Counted from the first letter of the stretch, positions 1-9,902 are shown. The stretch: DNA of 64,000 nucleotides from Gemmatimonadaceae bacterium (GCA_020846935.1 JADLCY010000004.1:84921-148920); one strand, 5' to 3'. The notes: generated from the sequence alone by a model not told the origin. Numbers and translations are program-made.

Positions 1-2
1 CC

Positions 3-2123
3 GATGTTGCCACCGGCAAGTCGAAGGTGCTGACGCAGACGCCGCTGCTCGCGACGCTCGTCACATCGCTCGCCTGGACGTCCGACGGCCGCATCGTCGC
101 CGTGCTCGTACCGGACAATCGAGGGGCCGAACCCGTACGGCCAGCGGTCGAGACCGGCCCGCTCGTGCGACTCACCGATCCGGCAAAGAATCCGCAGCGG
201 GTATTTGCGTCGCTCCTGCGCGATCCGTTCGAGAAGGACCAGATGAAGTACTTCATCACGGGTCAGCTCGCGATCGTCGACAGCAAGACGGGTGCGGTGA
301 AGAAGGTGGGCGCGCCGGCGATGATCAGCGCCGTCGATCCGTCGCCCGACGGCAAGTACATCCGGGTGACGCAGATGCAGGAGCCGTTCTCGTACATCGT
401 GCAGTACGGCAGCTTTGGCACGGTGGAGCAGGTGTGGGACGCCGACGGTCGCGTCGTTGCCGAGCTTGCGAAGCGTCCGCTGCGAACCAGCGGAGCCGAT
501 GACCCGCTCGCGACGCCCGGCGCGGGCGGCCCGCCGGTCGATACCACGCGCCGCAACGTCGCGTGGCTCCCAAACGGCCAGGGACTCTCGTTCCTCAGAC
601 AGGAGCGTCCGGCTCGGCCCGCCGCGACCGACTCCGCCGACGCACCGCGAGGCGGTGCGGCGAATCGCGGCAAGGATCGGCTGTATCAGTGGGCGCCACC
701 CTTCTCGACGGGCAGCGAAAAGGTCCTGCTCGAGAGCGACAACCGCATGGGCGGCGTGCTCTTCAACGACGACGCGACCATGGCCTTCGTCGCCGAAAAC
801 GTGAGCGGCACGGGCCACGTGTACGCGGTGGATCTCAACGAGCCGACGAAGAAGCACACGCTGTGGCGCATGCGCGGGATCAACGCGCAGGTCGGCGGTG
901 GCTTTGGCGGGTTTGGTGGCGGCCGCGGCGGCGCCGGCGACGACTCGGTGACCTTCTATCAGAACCCGGGCAACCTCGTCACGAAGACGGGCAAGGCGGG
1001 CCGCGACGTCGTGCAGGTTTCGGCGGACGGCAAGTTCGCCTTCCTGCGCGGCACACGGTACTTCCGTGACTGGGAAAGCCAGGCCCCACGCGGGTTCGTC
1101 GACAAGGTCGAGATCCGGACCGGGCAGAAGTCGCGCCTGTTCGAAGGTGCGGCCGATGTCTTCGAGACGGTGAACGCGTCGCTCGACGACGACATGACGC
1201 AGATGGTAATCACGCGGGAGTCGTCGACCCTGGTGCCCAACGCGATCCTCAGGTCGGCCAGCGGAACGCTCAACCTCACGAGCAACACCGATCCCACGCC
1301 GGAGTTCACGAAGGCCATCCGCAAGCGCATCAAGGTCACGCGCTCCGACGGCATCAACTTCATGGTGAACCTCACGCTGCCGGCCGACTACAAGTCCGGA
1401 ACGCGGCTGCCCGCCATGTTGTGGCTCTATCCCGGTGAGTTCACCGACCAGGGCGGCTACGATCGTACCCTGCGGACGGAGAACATCAATCGGTTCCCGC
1501 AGGGCGGACCGCGCACGATCGAGTTCCTCGTGCTGCAGGGATACGCGGTGGCCAACTTCGCGCCGCCGGTCATTGGCGCGTCGGGTCGCATGAACGACAA
1601 CTACGTCTCGGACCTGCAGCGCAACCTGAGCGCCGTCATCGACGAGCTCGATGCGCAGGGCTTCATCGATCGCACGCGGTTGGGCATTGGCGGACACAGC
1701 TATGGCGCCTTCACCACCGTGAACGCGATGGTGCACACTCCGTACTTCAAGGCGGGTATCGCCGGCGACGGCATGTACAATCGCACGCTCACGCCGTTCA
1801 ACTTCCAGAGCGAGCGCCGCGACTTCTACGAGGCCCAGGCGACGTACCTCGAGATGTCGCCGTTCTTCAGCGCCGACAAGCTGCAGGGCGCGCTGTTGAT
1901 GTATCACTCGATCGAGGACCAGAACGTGGGTACCGCCCTGCTGTCGTCGGAGCGGATGATGCACGCACTCGAAGGTCTCGGAAAAACCGCGTCGCTCTAC
2001 ATGTATCCGTACGAAGACCACGGCCCGGCAGCGCGTGAGACGCTGCTCGACCAGTGGGCCCGATGGACCGCGTGGCTGGACGTGTACGTAAAGAACGCGA
2101 ACAAGCCCAAGGTGGCGTCGTAG
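3..2123 (+). CDS. S9 family (prolyl oligopeptidase / dipeptidyl-peptidase-like) serine peptidase, 5' end cut by window edge
   Basis: The frame is open from nt 3, with no stop before the listed GTG at 27. The C-terminal alpha/beta-hydrolase part has the nucleophile elbow GGHSYGAF, an acid-residue region YHSIEDQNV and a His region YPYEDHGP, as in S9 peptidases. Confidence 0.8.
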   Translation, partial: DVATGKSKVLTQTPLLATLVTSLAWTSDGRIVAVLVPDNRGAEPVRPAVETGPLVRLTDPAKNPQRVFASLLRDPFEKDQMKYFITGQLAIVDSKTGAVKKVGAPAMISAVDPSPDGKYIRVTQMQEPFSYIVQYGSFGTVEQVWDADGRVVAELAKRPLRTSGADDPLATPGAGGPPVDTTRRNVAWLPNGQGLSFLRQERPARPAATDSADAPRGGAANRGKDRLYQWAPPFSTGSEKVLLESDNRMGGVLFNDDATMAFVAENVSGTGHVYAVDLNEPTKKHTLWRMRGINAQVGGGFGGFGGGRGGAGDDSVTFYQNPGNLVTKTGKAGRDVVQVSADGKFAFLRGTRYFRDWESQAPRGFVDKVEIRTGQKSRLFEGAADVFETVNASLDDDMTQMVITRESSTLVPNAILRSASGTLNLTSNTDPTPEFTKAIRKRIKVTRSDGINFMVNLTLPADYKSGTRLPAMLWLYPGEFTDQGGYDRTLRTENINRFPQGGPRTIEFLVLQGYAVANFAPPVIGASGRMNDNYVSDLQRNLSAVIDELDAQGFIDRTRLGIGGHSYGAFTTVNAMVHTPYFKAGIAGDGMYNRTLTPFNFQSERRDFYEAQATYLEMSPFFSADKLQGALLMYHSIEDQNVGTALLSSERMMHALEGLGKTASLYMYPYEDHGPAARETLLDQWARWTAWLDVYVKNANKPKVAS

Positions 2124-2167
2124 TTGTGGTGAGGAGGGCGTAGGGGCGCGTGATAGAGGTATCGAAG

Positions 2168-2197
2168 GGGGCTGAGCGATTCGGCCCCTTTCGCTTT
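2168..2197 (+). terminator. weak intrinsic-terminator-like hairpin after the S9 peptidase gene
   Basis: GGGGC (2168-2172) pairs with GCCCC (2184-2188) and is followed by TTTCGCTTT. The stem is short and the loop is long. Confidence 0.3.
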
Positions 2198-2275
2198 GCC
2201 GGGAACTCCAGTCCCTTTCGCAGCACTCCTTCCCCGAGACGCCTCACTCATCCGCCCCTGCGGCCCAGGCCCACG

Positions 2276-2371
2276 GTGTTCAAGAAGACGCTCATTCGCG
2301 TGATCGCCATCCAGGTCGTCGCGCTCGCGCTGCTCTGGCTGCTCCAGAGTCGCTACCACCATCCGGGCTGA
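2276..2371 (+). CDS. possible small single-TM protein coupled to the downstream SSF symporter
   Basis: A GTG at 2276 gives VFKKTLIRVIAIQVVALALLWLLQSRYHHPG with one hydrophobic helix. Its TGA stop ends 3 nt before the symporter ATG (2375). The longer 2150 start would span the hairpin at 2168-2197. Confidence 0.3.
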   Translation: MFKKTLIRVIAIQVVALALLWLLQSRYHHPG

Positions 2372-2374
2372 CCG

Positions 2375-4048
2375 ATGCATTGGATCAACTGGGTGATCAT
2401 TCTTGGTTGGCTCGCCTACGTCGCCATCGACGGCCTGCGACGCGCGCGCGGCACCACCGAGATCCGAGGGTACTTCCTGGCCAATCGCAGCCTGCCGTGG
2501 TGGGCCGTTGGGCTGTCGGTGATGGCGACGCAGCTCTCTGCCGTCACCATGATCGGGACCACGGGACAGGGTGCCACCGATGGCATGCGCTTCGTGCAGT
2601 TCTACTTCGGGCTGCCGCTGGCGATGGTCATTCTCGGCGTGACGCTCGTGCCGTTCCTGCACGGAGCCAACGTGTTCACGGCGTACGAGTATCTGGAGAA
2701 GCGATTCGACCCGAAGACACGCTCGCTCACCGCGTTCCTCTTTCTTCTCTCGCGCGGCATGTCGTGCGGCACGATCATCTCGGCGCCCGCGATCGTGTTC
2801 TCCGCCATCTTCGGATGGCCCATCGGCTGGTCGGTGGCGGCGATGGGCATTCCGACCGTGCTCTACACCATGATCGGCGGCGTACAGGCCGTGACCTGGG
2901 CCGACGTGAAGCAGATGGTGCTCGTGGTGCTCGCCATCGGGTCGGTGATCACCGTGTTGATCCTGCGCATTCCCGTGTCGCCCGACCAGGCCCTCGAGAT
3001 CGCCGGTGCTGCAGGGCGCATGAAGGTCTTCGACTTTCGCTTCACCCTCAACGAGCAATACACGTTCTGGTCCGGCCTCATTGGCGGGACGTTCCTGATG
3101 TTGTCGTACTTCGGCACCGACCAGAGTCAGGTGCAGCGCTACCTGACGGCCAAGTCCGTCGACGAAGCCCGCAGCTCACTGCTCATCTCTGCGTATTGGA
3201 AGATCCCGCTCCAGGCGGCGATCCTGCTGGTGGGCGTGCTGGTATTCGTGTTCTACCAGTTCCAGCCTCAGCCGCTGCTCTTCAATCCCGCGCACGAGCG
3301 CCGCGTGATCGCGGCCGACTCGTCAGGCTATGCCGCGCTGCAGCAGCGTTACGCCGCCGCGCTCGATGTGCGGCAGCAGGCCGCGCGCACGCTGGCTCAG
3401 GTCGCCGACGATCGGGCTGCCGATGACGCCTTCCGCGCCGCCGACAAGGGTGTGCAGGACATCCGTACCGAGGCGCTCGCCATGGCGGGCACCGTGACGG
3501 GCGAACCCACGCGCGACGTGAACTACATCATTCCGCACTTCGTGCTCAACGAGTTGCCGGTGGGGCTGGCCGGGATCTTTCTCGCGGCGGTGATGGCGGC
3601 GGCGATGTCGGCCGTTGCCGCCGAGCTCAACTCGCTGGCCACTGCGTCGGTGATCGACTTCTATCGGCGCTGGGTGCGAGCGGAGGCGAGTGATCGCCAT
3701 TTCCTCAACGTGTCCAAGGCTGCAACGGTCTTCTGGGGCATCTTCGCCTGCATCGTCGCCACCTTTGCCGGATCGTTGGGCTCGCTCATCGAAGTGGTGA
3801 ACCGGTTCGGGTCCTTCTTCTACGGTTCGATCCTTGGGGTGTTCCTGTTGGCGATGATCAAGCGGACCACGGGCACCGCGGCATTCGTTGCCATGCTGGC
3901 GGGCATGGCGTCGGTGACGGCGGTGTACGTGTTCCTCCCGCAGGTGGCGTTCCTCTGGCACAACGTGATCGCGGCCGTGGTGGTCGTCGTGGTCGGAGTG
4001 GTGCTGAGCGCAGGAGGCCATGTGCGCCCGGAGGTCTCGAAGGGCTAG
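2375..4048 (+). CDS. sodium:solute symporter family (SSF) transporter
   Basis: The 557-aa polytopic protein has an N-terminus typical of SSF: YFLANRSLPWWAVGLSVMATQLSAVTMIGTTGQ. A long cytoplasmic insert lies between helix bundles. Confidence 0.85.
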   Translation: MHWINWVIILGWLAYVAIDGLRRARGTTEIRGYFLANRSLPWWAVGLSVMATQLSAVTMIGTTGQGATDGMRFVQFYFGLPLAMVILGVTLVPFLHGANVFTAYEYLEKRFDPKTRSLTAFLFLLSRGMSCGTIISAPAIVFSAIFGWPIGWSVAAMGIPTVLYTMIGGVQAVTWADVKQMVLVVLAIGSVITVLILRIPVSPDQALEIAGAAGRMKVFDFRFTLNEQYTFWSGLIGGTFLMLSYFGTDQSQVQRYLTAKSVDEARSSLLISAYWKIPLQAAILLVGVLVFVFYQFQPQPLLFNPAHERRVIAADSSGYAALQQRYAAALDVRQQAARTLAQVADDRAADDAFRAADKGVQDIRTEALAMAGTVTGEPTRDVNYIIPHFVLNELPVGLAGIFLAAVMAAAMSAVAAELNSLATASVIDFYRRWVRAEASDRHFLNVSKAATVFWGIFACIVATFAGSLGSLIEVVNRFGSFFYGSILGVFLLAMIKRTTGTAAFVAMLAGMASVTAVYVFLPQVAFLWHNVIAAVVVVVVGVVLSAGGHVRPEVSKG

Positions 4049-4130
4049 AGCGCGCGGTGCCAGGCTTGGCGCCGCCGAACGCGTCGATGGCGCCGTCGAC
4101 GGCCTGGCCGCGCAGGTTGTTCCCGCTGGC

Positions 4131-4168
4131 TTGACAGGTCCGTATACTGTACTAGTCTTATTAGTACA
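4131..4168 (+). promoter_or_regulatory. putative promoter (TTGACA) and inverted-repeat operator upstream of the GntR gene
   Basis: A perfect -35-like TTGACA lies at 4131-4136. The inverted repeat TGTACTA (4148-4154) / TAGTACA (4162-4168) has a 7-nt spacer and sits in the only AT-rich patch of this region, 18 nt upstream of the GTG start at 4186. Confidence 0.5.
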
Positions 4169-4185
4169 GCTAATACGAGACGCGC

Positions 4186-4596
4186 GTGGCCAGAACCCGC
4201 CCCTTGATGCTGCAGATCGCCACCGGCGATCCGCGCCCCATCATCAAGCAGATCACCGACGCGGTACGGGTGAAGATCGCCACCGGCGAACTGGAGCCCG
4301 GCGATCAGCTGCCCAGCGTGCGCGGCCTGGCCCAGCAGCTGACCATCAATCCGAATACGGTGGCCAAGGCCTATGGCGAGCTGACCACCGAAGGCTGGCT
4401 GGAGTCCCGCCAGGGCATGGGCCTGTACGTGGCCACACCACGACAGCGCCTGTCCGATGCCGAGCGTGGGCGCCGGCTCGATGTGGCCATCGACCGCTTC
4501 GTCCACGACGTGGTGCCACTGGGTTTCCGGCCTGACGAGGTACAGGCGCGGGTCGCCCACGGGCTTCGGCAGCTTGCTCCCCGCAAGCGGGCCTGA
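4186..4596 (+). CDS. GntR family transcriptional regulator, short YtrA-like subtype
   Basis: The 136-aa protein has a winged-HTH signature: GDQLPSVRGLAQQLTINPNTVAKAYGELTTEGWLESRQGMGLYV. The short C-terminal helical tail is typical of YtrA-type regulators. Confidence 0.85.
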   Translation: MARTRPLMLQIATGDPRPIIKQITDAVRVKIATGELEPGDQLPSVRGLAQQLTINPNTVAKAYGELTTEGWLESRQGMGLYVATPRQRLSDAERGRRLDVAIDRFVHDVVPLGFRPDEVQARVAHGLRQLAPRKRA

Positions 4597-4625
4597 ACCC
4601 GCCGACTGACCTCCTTCCCGCCGAG

Positions 4626-4998
4626 ATGACCGCCATGAGCGATTCCATCGACTACGTGATCGAGACCCACGCGCTCAGCAAGCGCTACGGGCGCAAGCTC
4701 GCGCTGGACAATCTCGACCTGCGCATTCCGCGCGGGCGCATCCACGCCATCGTCGGTGCCAACGGCGCCGGCAAGTCCACGCTGTTCCGCATCCTGATGG
4801 GATTCGCCATTGGATCCGGTGCCGCGCGAGGCCTATGTGTTCGGCATGGAAGCCCTGCTGCAGGCCCACCTCGGTGGCGCAAGGCCGGTCGCGCCGGGCC
4901 AGCGTCTGCGCGCCTACCTGCGCGACAACCTGCGCCTGGCCGGCCCGGAGTTCCGCGAGTTCGCCAGGCAGCAGGGCCCGAAGCAAGCCGCTGAATGA
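4626..4998 (+). pseudogene. decayed ABC transporter ATP-binding gene (Walker A retained, remainder lost)
   Basis: The ORF starts like a YtrB-type ATPase (LDNLDLRIPRGRIHAIVGANGAGKSTLFRILMGF) and then loses ABC character. Another frame from 4810 continues with EAYVFGME. No Q-loop, LSGGQ signature or Walker B appears in any frame before the next gene at 5119. Confidence 0.55.
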
Positions 4999-5118
4999 TC
5001 CTTCATTCCGCCGTTCCAGCCGGCCCGTCCGCTTGACGATGTTCTGATCGTCCTATGCTCAGCGCTCGTCGTGGCACCTGAGCGTTGAGCCGGCTTGCTG
5101 CGTCGCTAGCATTCCAGA

Positions 5119-5697
5119 ATGCCTGTCCCGGCCCGGTTGATCACTCGACGCCTCGTCCTCCGACGCTACCGACCGGAGGATGCCGCCCTCCTCAAACCCG
5201 CGATTGACGAAAGCCTCGACCGACTCGTGCCGTGGATGCCGTGGGCCCGGCATGAGCCGACGCCCCTGGCCGCGTTGGCGGAGCGGCTCACGACCTTCGG
5301 CGCGAGCTTTGACGCCGGCACCGAGTGGGCCATGGGAATCTTCGATCCCGTGGAGTCTCGCTTGCTGGGCGGCATCGGTTTGCATCGGCGAGGCCCAGCC
5401 CACGTCCTGGAGATCGGCTACTGGATTCGGACAGGAGAGGAAGGTCGCGGGTATGTCACCGAAGCCGTTGCGGCGCTACGGCAGGTGGCCGCCGCCGTCC
5501 CTGGCATTTCTCACGTCCGCATCTGTTGTGATCCACGGAATCGCCGGAGCGCCGCCATCCCCGATCGCCTCGGCTTTACGTCTTTAGGGATTACGCCCCG
5601 CGACGACACTGAGGCCAATGCAGATCGACGGGACACCCTGACCTTCGAGTGGACGCTGACCGATCAGGGACAGGTAGGAGGGATTCCGGATTCCTGA
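5119..5697 (+). CDS. GNAT family N-acetyltransferase (RimJ/RimL-like)
   Basis: The N-terminus LITRRLVLRRYRPEDAALL, the EIGYWIRTGEEGRGYVTEAV acetyl-CoA-binding region and CDPRNRRSAAIPDRLGF are typical of Acetyltransf_3-type GNATs. Confidence 0.8.
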   Translation: MPVPARLITRRLVLRRYRPEDAALLKPAIDESLDRLVPWMPWARHEPTPLAALAERLTTFGASFDAGTEWAMGIFDPVESRLLGGIGLHRRGPAHVLEIGYWIRTGEEGRGYVTEAVAALRQVAAAVPGISHVRICCDPRNRRSAAIPDRLGFTSLGITPRDDTEANADRRDTLTFEWTLTDQGQVGGIPDS

Positions 5698-5892
5698 ACA
5701 GGTGAGACGGCTGGGCAGGCGGGCTCCCCCGGGTGGCATTTCGCCCACACACGCCACCCGGTGTACCCTGCGTGGATGGCGCGTGCGGTCGGCTCGGCTG
5801 TCACCGCGATATCGAGCGTTGCTGTCTGAACGCCGACAGCGAACGGGCGCCCCGCTGCGGGCGCCCGTGGCCGTTCATGACCGGTCGCCGAC

Positions 5893-7725
5893 CTAACGCG
5901 ACGCCGCCGCGAGACGCCGGATCTCGCCAGCCATGGTACGCACGCGATCACCGTCCTTCGCGCCCGCGACATCCTTGTCGACCTGCGCCGCAAGTGCATT
6001 CAGCGCCGATGCACGGGCCGCGCCACTCTTCATCTCCGCCATGTCGAGCGCGGAGGAGATCGCGTCCGTCCGCTCCGCGGCGAGCCCGCGGTTCCGAACC
6101 AGCTGGTCGAGATACGACCGCACCACGACGAACGCCGGCGGCCACGTCAGCTTCGGCTGGCTCTGCGGATTGTACCGCTCGAAGCGCACCAGCTTCGCCG
6201 CCGCAATCTCGTTCGGCGACAGCTGGTCGCTCGGCGTCAACTCGAGGATGTCCATGCCGCGATCGAGCTCGGACGAGATGATCAGGCCGTTCCAGTAATA
6301 CGCCCCCCACGAACCACCGATCGTGTTGCCTCCCCCTCGAACGTTGGGATCAGGCGGTGGCTGCGGCACGTCGGCGCCCTTGGGCGGATTGATGGACCCG
6401 CGGTCGAAGTATGCGATCTCGAGAGCGCTGTCGGGATTCGTGAAGTCCATGATGTTCACGCCCCCCTGGTACCACCCCTGCACGTACAGGTCGCGCCCCG
6501 GCACCGGAATGATGCCGCCATTGTGCGCCACGCAGTTCTCCTCGGCTGACTGCGCCGACCCGAGCTTGAAGTAGGCACGCTGGGTCTGCCGCTTCCTTCC
6601 GTCGAGCGTGATGACCGTGTTGCCGCCGAGTTCCTTCATGCTCGACGCCTGGCACATCGGGCCGGTGCCGCCGCCCCACTCCTCCGTCTGGATCAGCTTC
6701 TTGCCGTCATTGCTGAATGCCGCCGTGTGACGGCCCTGGAAATTGTTCGTGTCGACGAGCGCGTTGATGCGGATCGGTTTCTCGGGGTTCGTGATGTCCA
6801 CGAGGATGGAGTGCGTCTGGCACGAGGCAAGGAGCATGTTCATGGCCGGGTACGAGGTCACGTCGTGGCAATTGCGCGGCGTGGTTGGCATCTCCGGGTT
6901 GGCCGCCGCACGCTGGGCCCGCATCTCCTGACGGCGCGGGTCGTTGGGGAGGCAGTAGCGCTTGCACTCGCCGGCTGCATCGAGGCCCGTGAAGATGCGC
7001 GCCCCCGGAATCACCTCGGCTTTCTCCGGGTTGTCGAGCGGCACCCGGATGATGTCCAGCATGAAAAGGGAGTTCGTCGGGTCGGCCGGGTCGTTGCCGT
7101 TCTTGCATCCCGCGAGCTCGGTCTCCGGGCGCGCTGCCTGCCCACCGGACACGTAGAGGTAGATCGTGCGCGGATCCTTGGGGCTCGGTACCAGGGTGTG
7201 CGTGTGCGAGCCCTTGCAGGTCTGCACGTTCTTCACGAGCCTGGGCGCCTTCGGGTTGGAGACGTCGAAGATGCGCACGCCGGCCATGTGGTCCTTCGGA
7301 TCCTTCACGCCCCCGTCCGCGCAATCATTGCGGTTGCCCGCGCCTTCGGCGGACAGGAAGAGGAGGTGTTCGTAGATGGTTGGATCGCCCTGCGAGGTAA
7401 TGCACTTGGTGGCTGACACCATCACCGGGTTTGCCGGATCGGCGATGTCCCAGATCGTGAACCCGGCGAAGTTGGCCTGATAGATGTAGTGCGTGCCAAA
7501 CGCCAGGTCGGAATTGATGAACTTCAGGCCGGCGGTCGTGTCGAAAGCCGCTGGCTTCTTCACGAACGACACCTGCTTCATGTTGCTGATCGCGATGCCC
7601 GCGTCGAACCGGCCGGGCTTGAGGGTGCTTCGCGGATCCTTGTTGGACGGGTACGTCTGTGCCGACACGATGGTCGGGACGACGGTAGCGGCCAGCAGCA
7701 GGGTGAAGCCACGCATTCTGTGCAT
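5893..7725 (-). CDS. secreted LVIVD-repeat beta-propeller protein
   Basis: It has a signal peptide (MRGFTLLLAATVVPTIVSAQ). LVIVD-like repeats recur: FTIWDIADPANPVMV, VRIFDVSNPKAPRLV, SILVDITNPEKP, VNIMDFTNPDSA. Confidence 0.7.
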   Translation of the reverse strand: MHRMRGFTLLLAATVVPTIVSAQTYPSNKDPRSTLKPGRFDAGIAISNMKQVSFVKKPAAFDTTAGLKFINSDLAFGTHYIYQANFAGFTIWDIADPANPVMVSATKCITSQGDPTIYEHLLFLSAEGAGNRNDCADGGVKDPKDHMAGVRIFDVSNPKAPRLVKNVQTCKGSHTHTLVPSPKDPRTIYLYVSGGQAARPETELAGCKNGNDPADPTNSLFMLDIIRVPLDNPEKAEVIPGARIFTGLDAAGECKRYCLPNDPRRQEMRAQRAAANPEMPTTPRNCHDVTSYPAMNMLLASCQTHSILVDITNPEKPIRINALVDTNNFQGRHTAAFSNDGKKLIQTEEWGGGTGPMCQASSMKELGGNTVITLDGRKRQTQRAYFKLGSAQSAEENCVAHNGGIIPVPGRDLYVQGWYQGGVNIMDFTNPDSALEIAYFDRGSINPPKGADVPQPPPDPNVRGGGNTIGGSWGAYYWNGLIISSELDRGMDILELTPSDQLSPNEIAAAKLVRFERYNPQSQPKLTWPPAFVVVRSYLDQLVRNRGLAAERTDAISSALDMAEMKSGAARASALNALAAQVDKDVAGAKDGDRVRTMAGEIRRLAAASR

Positions 7726-7758
7726 CGGGTCTACTCCGGGGAACGGGGACTCAGGCGT

Positions 7759-8373
7759 TCACTCTTGAGGCAGCAGCGATAGCAGACGCCGCATGATGCC
7801 GATCTCGGCGGTTTGTGCCGTGACCACATCATTGGCGAAGACATTCGCGTCCACTTCCTGACCGGCGCCGGGGGACTTGAGGAGGTCTTCGACCATCTTG
7901 AGCGCGCCGGCGTGGTGCTTGATCATGCCGTTGAGAAAGAGTCGGTCGAAGGCGACACCCTTCGCCTCACTCAGCGCCTTGAGCTCGTCGTCGGTGAGCA
8001 TGCCGTCCATCCGCATGTCATGCCAGGAGGCTGTGTCCGGGGCGAACTGCCCGTACCGGCGGAGCCACTCCTGCATGATGAGGATCTCGGGCACCTGTGA
8101 CTGATCGATCTTCCGCGAGAGCTTGAGCACCTGCGGATTGGCGCCATTCGCTTCCGCCATCCGCGACATCACGATGGCCTGGGCGTGGTGGGCGATCATC
8201 CCCTGCATGAACTCGACGTCCGCCTTCGTATAGAGTGCACCCTTGGGGATGACGATCTCAGGGCCCATGCGGTGCTTACTGTGATCCATGCCCGACTGCG
8301 CGAAGGCGCGCGAGGAGCCGGCGGCGAGCGCGCAGGCAACGGTGAAAACGAGGATCGGACGAGAGGCCGTCAT
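7759..8373 (-). CDS. DUF305 family protein (secreted, ferritin-like four-helix)
   Basis: The DUF305 half-motifs are duplicated: DVEFMQGMIAHHAQAIVMS and DRLFLNGMIKHHAGALKMV. An ATG at 8373 gives the signal peptide MTASRPILVFTVACALAAGSSRAFA. The listed 8412 start is a TTG. Confidence 0.8.
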   Translation of the reverse strand: MTASRPILVFTVACALAAGSSRAFAQSGMDHSKHRMGPEIVIPKGALYTKADVEFMQGMIAHHAQAIVMSRMAEANGANPQVLKLSRKIDQSQVPEILIMQEWLRRYGQFAPDTASWHDMRMDGMLTDDELKALSEAKGVAFDRLFLNGMIKHHAGALKMVEDLLKSPGAGQEVDANVFANDVVTAQTAEIGIMRRLLSLLPQE

Positions 8374-8603
8374 GGCGAATGTGCTCCGGAGGCAGGCCTG
8401 CTTACGGAGCAAGCCGGCAGAGAAAGGCGCAAGGGGTGCGCTCGCGATCCCGTGCGGGTACGTGGCGAGCCTCCGGGTCTGTGATGCTCAACCGTGGGGC
8501 CGGTGCCACCGGGGCCCAGAATCTGTCGAAGGACGTGATCCGCCAGACCTGCCGCCCCGCGTGATCGCCCGGCACCTGGCCCGCCCGCTGGGCCGGGGAC
8601 TTG

Positions 8604-9167
8604 CTAGCCAGGAGGAAACCCGGCGGCGACCGTTACCTGCTCGGCCTGCCAGAGGTGCCGGCGTTCGTGCGCCACGCTGATACGCAGGTAGCTGCCGAGC
8701 GGTATGCGAAGCAGGCGGCTCACCGGCGAGGTGACGCGCAATCGTCCGAGGTCGAGTCCGCGCGCGCTGTCGAGGAGCGACTGCCATTCCACGCCCGTCT
8801 CGGCGTACGCGCGCATGACGTCATCCGGCGCGTGGTCGGATCGGGTCGCGATCCGAAACACGTCGGGCGACCTGGTCCGCCGTCGCGGAGGTGGTTCCAT
8901 CTCGGCCTCGAACCATCGCGAGAACCAGCCAACGGTGAACGTGCCCGTCCCCGAAATGCCGTCGGCACGACCCCGCGCGATCACTGGCCGCATCTTCGCC
9001 ACGACGGCTCGCGCTGTCACGCTCAGGTGCACAAGGCACTCGGCGACCGACCAGGACTCGGCAGCCGGTCGCCAGTTGAACTGCGTGTGGCTCAAAGGCT
9101 TCACCAGCTTTGCCGCGCGATCCTGGCAGGCTCGGAACTGCTCGGTTAGGTCGTCGAGGGAATGCAT
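8604..9167 (-). CDS. DinB/YfiT-like (DinB_2) family protein
   Basis: WSVAECLVHLSVTA and the C-terminal SVAHERRHLWQAE His-containing motifs are present. The internal ATG at 9167 (MHSLDDLTEQF) is preferred over the low-complexity N-terminal extension. Confidence 0.7.
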   Translation of the reverse strand: MHSLDDLTEQFRACQDRAAKLVKPLSHTQFNWRPAAESWSVAECLVHLSVTARAVVAKMRPVIARGRADGISGTGTFTVGWFSRWFEAEMEPPPRRRTRSPDVFRIATRSDHAPDDVMRAYAETGVEWQSLLDSARGLDLGRLRVTSPVSRLLRIPLGSYLRISVAHERRHLWQAEQVTVAAGFPPG

Positions 9168-9386
9168 GGAGGCCGAGGGAGTAGCGACGAGACCAGCGAG
9201 GGTGGACGAAGCAGCAGGGACGGAACATGATCCTCGTTCGCGGATCCGTCGGCGCGCGCCCCGTTCCCCCGTTGGTACTGGTGCAGTTTGAATAGAAGCC
9301 GGGCTCGCGGGTGTGAGTGTGCAAGGCCCCTCGTCCAACTCTGTCACGAACGCTCGCTACTGTCCACCTCGGCCCCTCCCCAAGCC

Positions 9387-9902
9387 ATGCTGAAGCTCAT
9401 CCTCGGGCTCCTTGGCACCCTCGTGCTGGCCGTCGCTCTCGTCACCGTGTGGGGTTCCCGACTGCCTCGCGAACATGTGGCATCGCGTGTGCTCCATCTC
9501 GCGCAACCGCGGGACAGCGTCTGGAGCGTGCTCACGGACTACGCCGGCCAGGCCTCGTGGCGTACGGACATCTCCGCGGTGCGCCGCCAGGAGGGCGCGT
9601 CACCGGAGGTATGGGTCGAAACTGGCTCCAACGGTGAAATGCCACTCGCGACGACTGTGAGTGAACCGCCCAGCCGGCTCATACGCACCATCGCGGACTC
9701 GACCCTGCCGTTCGGCGGGTCGTGGACGTATGAGCTGGCCGTTGAGAACGGCGGGACACGGCTCACCATCACCGAAGCGGGCGAGGTCTACCACCCGATC
9801 TTCCGGTTCGTTTCGCACTACTTCATGAGCCCGGCCGGCACCATCGAGGTAGTCATGAAGGCGCTGGCCGCGCGGTTCGGGGAACCGCCGCGGATCGAAT
9901 GA
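9387..9902 (+). CDS. SRPBCC (polyketide cyclase/START-like) domain protein with N-terminal anchor
   Basis: MLKLILGLLGTLVLAVALVTVW forms an anchor helix. VWSVLTDYAGQASW and GSWTYELAVENGGTRLTITE are typical of the SRPBCC fold. Confidence 0.65.
   Translation: MLKLILGLLGTLVLAVALVTVWGSRLPREHVASRVLHLAQPRDSVWSVLTDYAGQASWRTDISAVRRQEGASPEVWVETGSNGEMPLATTVSEPPSRLIRTIADSTLPFGGSWTYELAVENGGTRLTITEAGEVYHPIFRFVSHYFMSPAGTIEVVMKALAARFGEPPRIE

Noticed and set aside
2150-2275. Longer 73-aa version of the small ORF upstream of the symporter
   Set aside because: Its first half spans the terminator-like hairpin of the preceding gene and is Pro/Arg/Ser-rich. Only the last 31 codons look like a membrane peptide.
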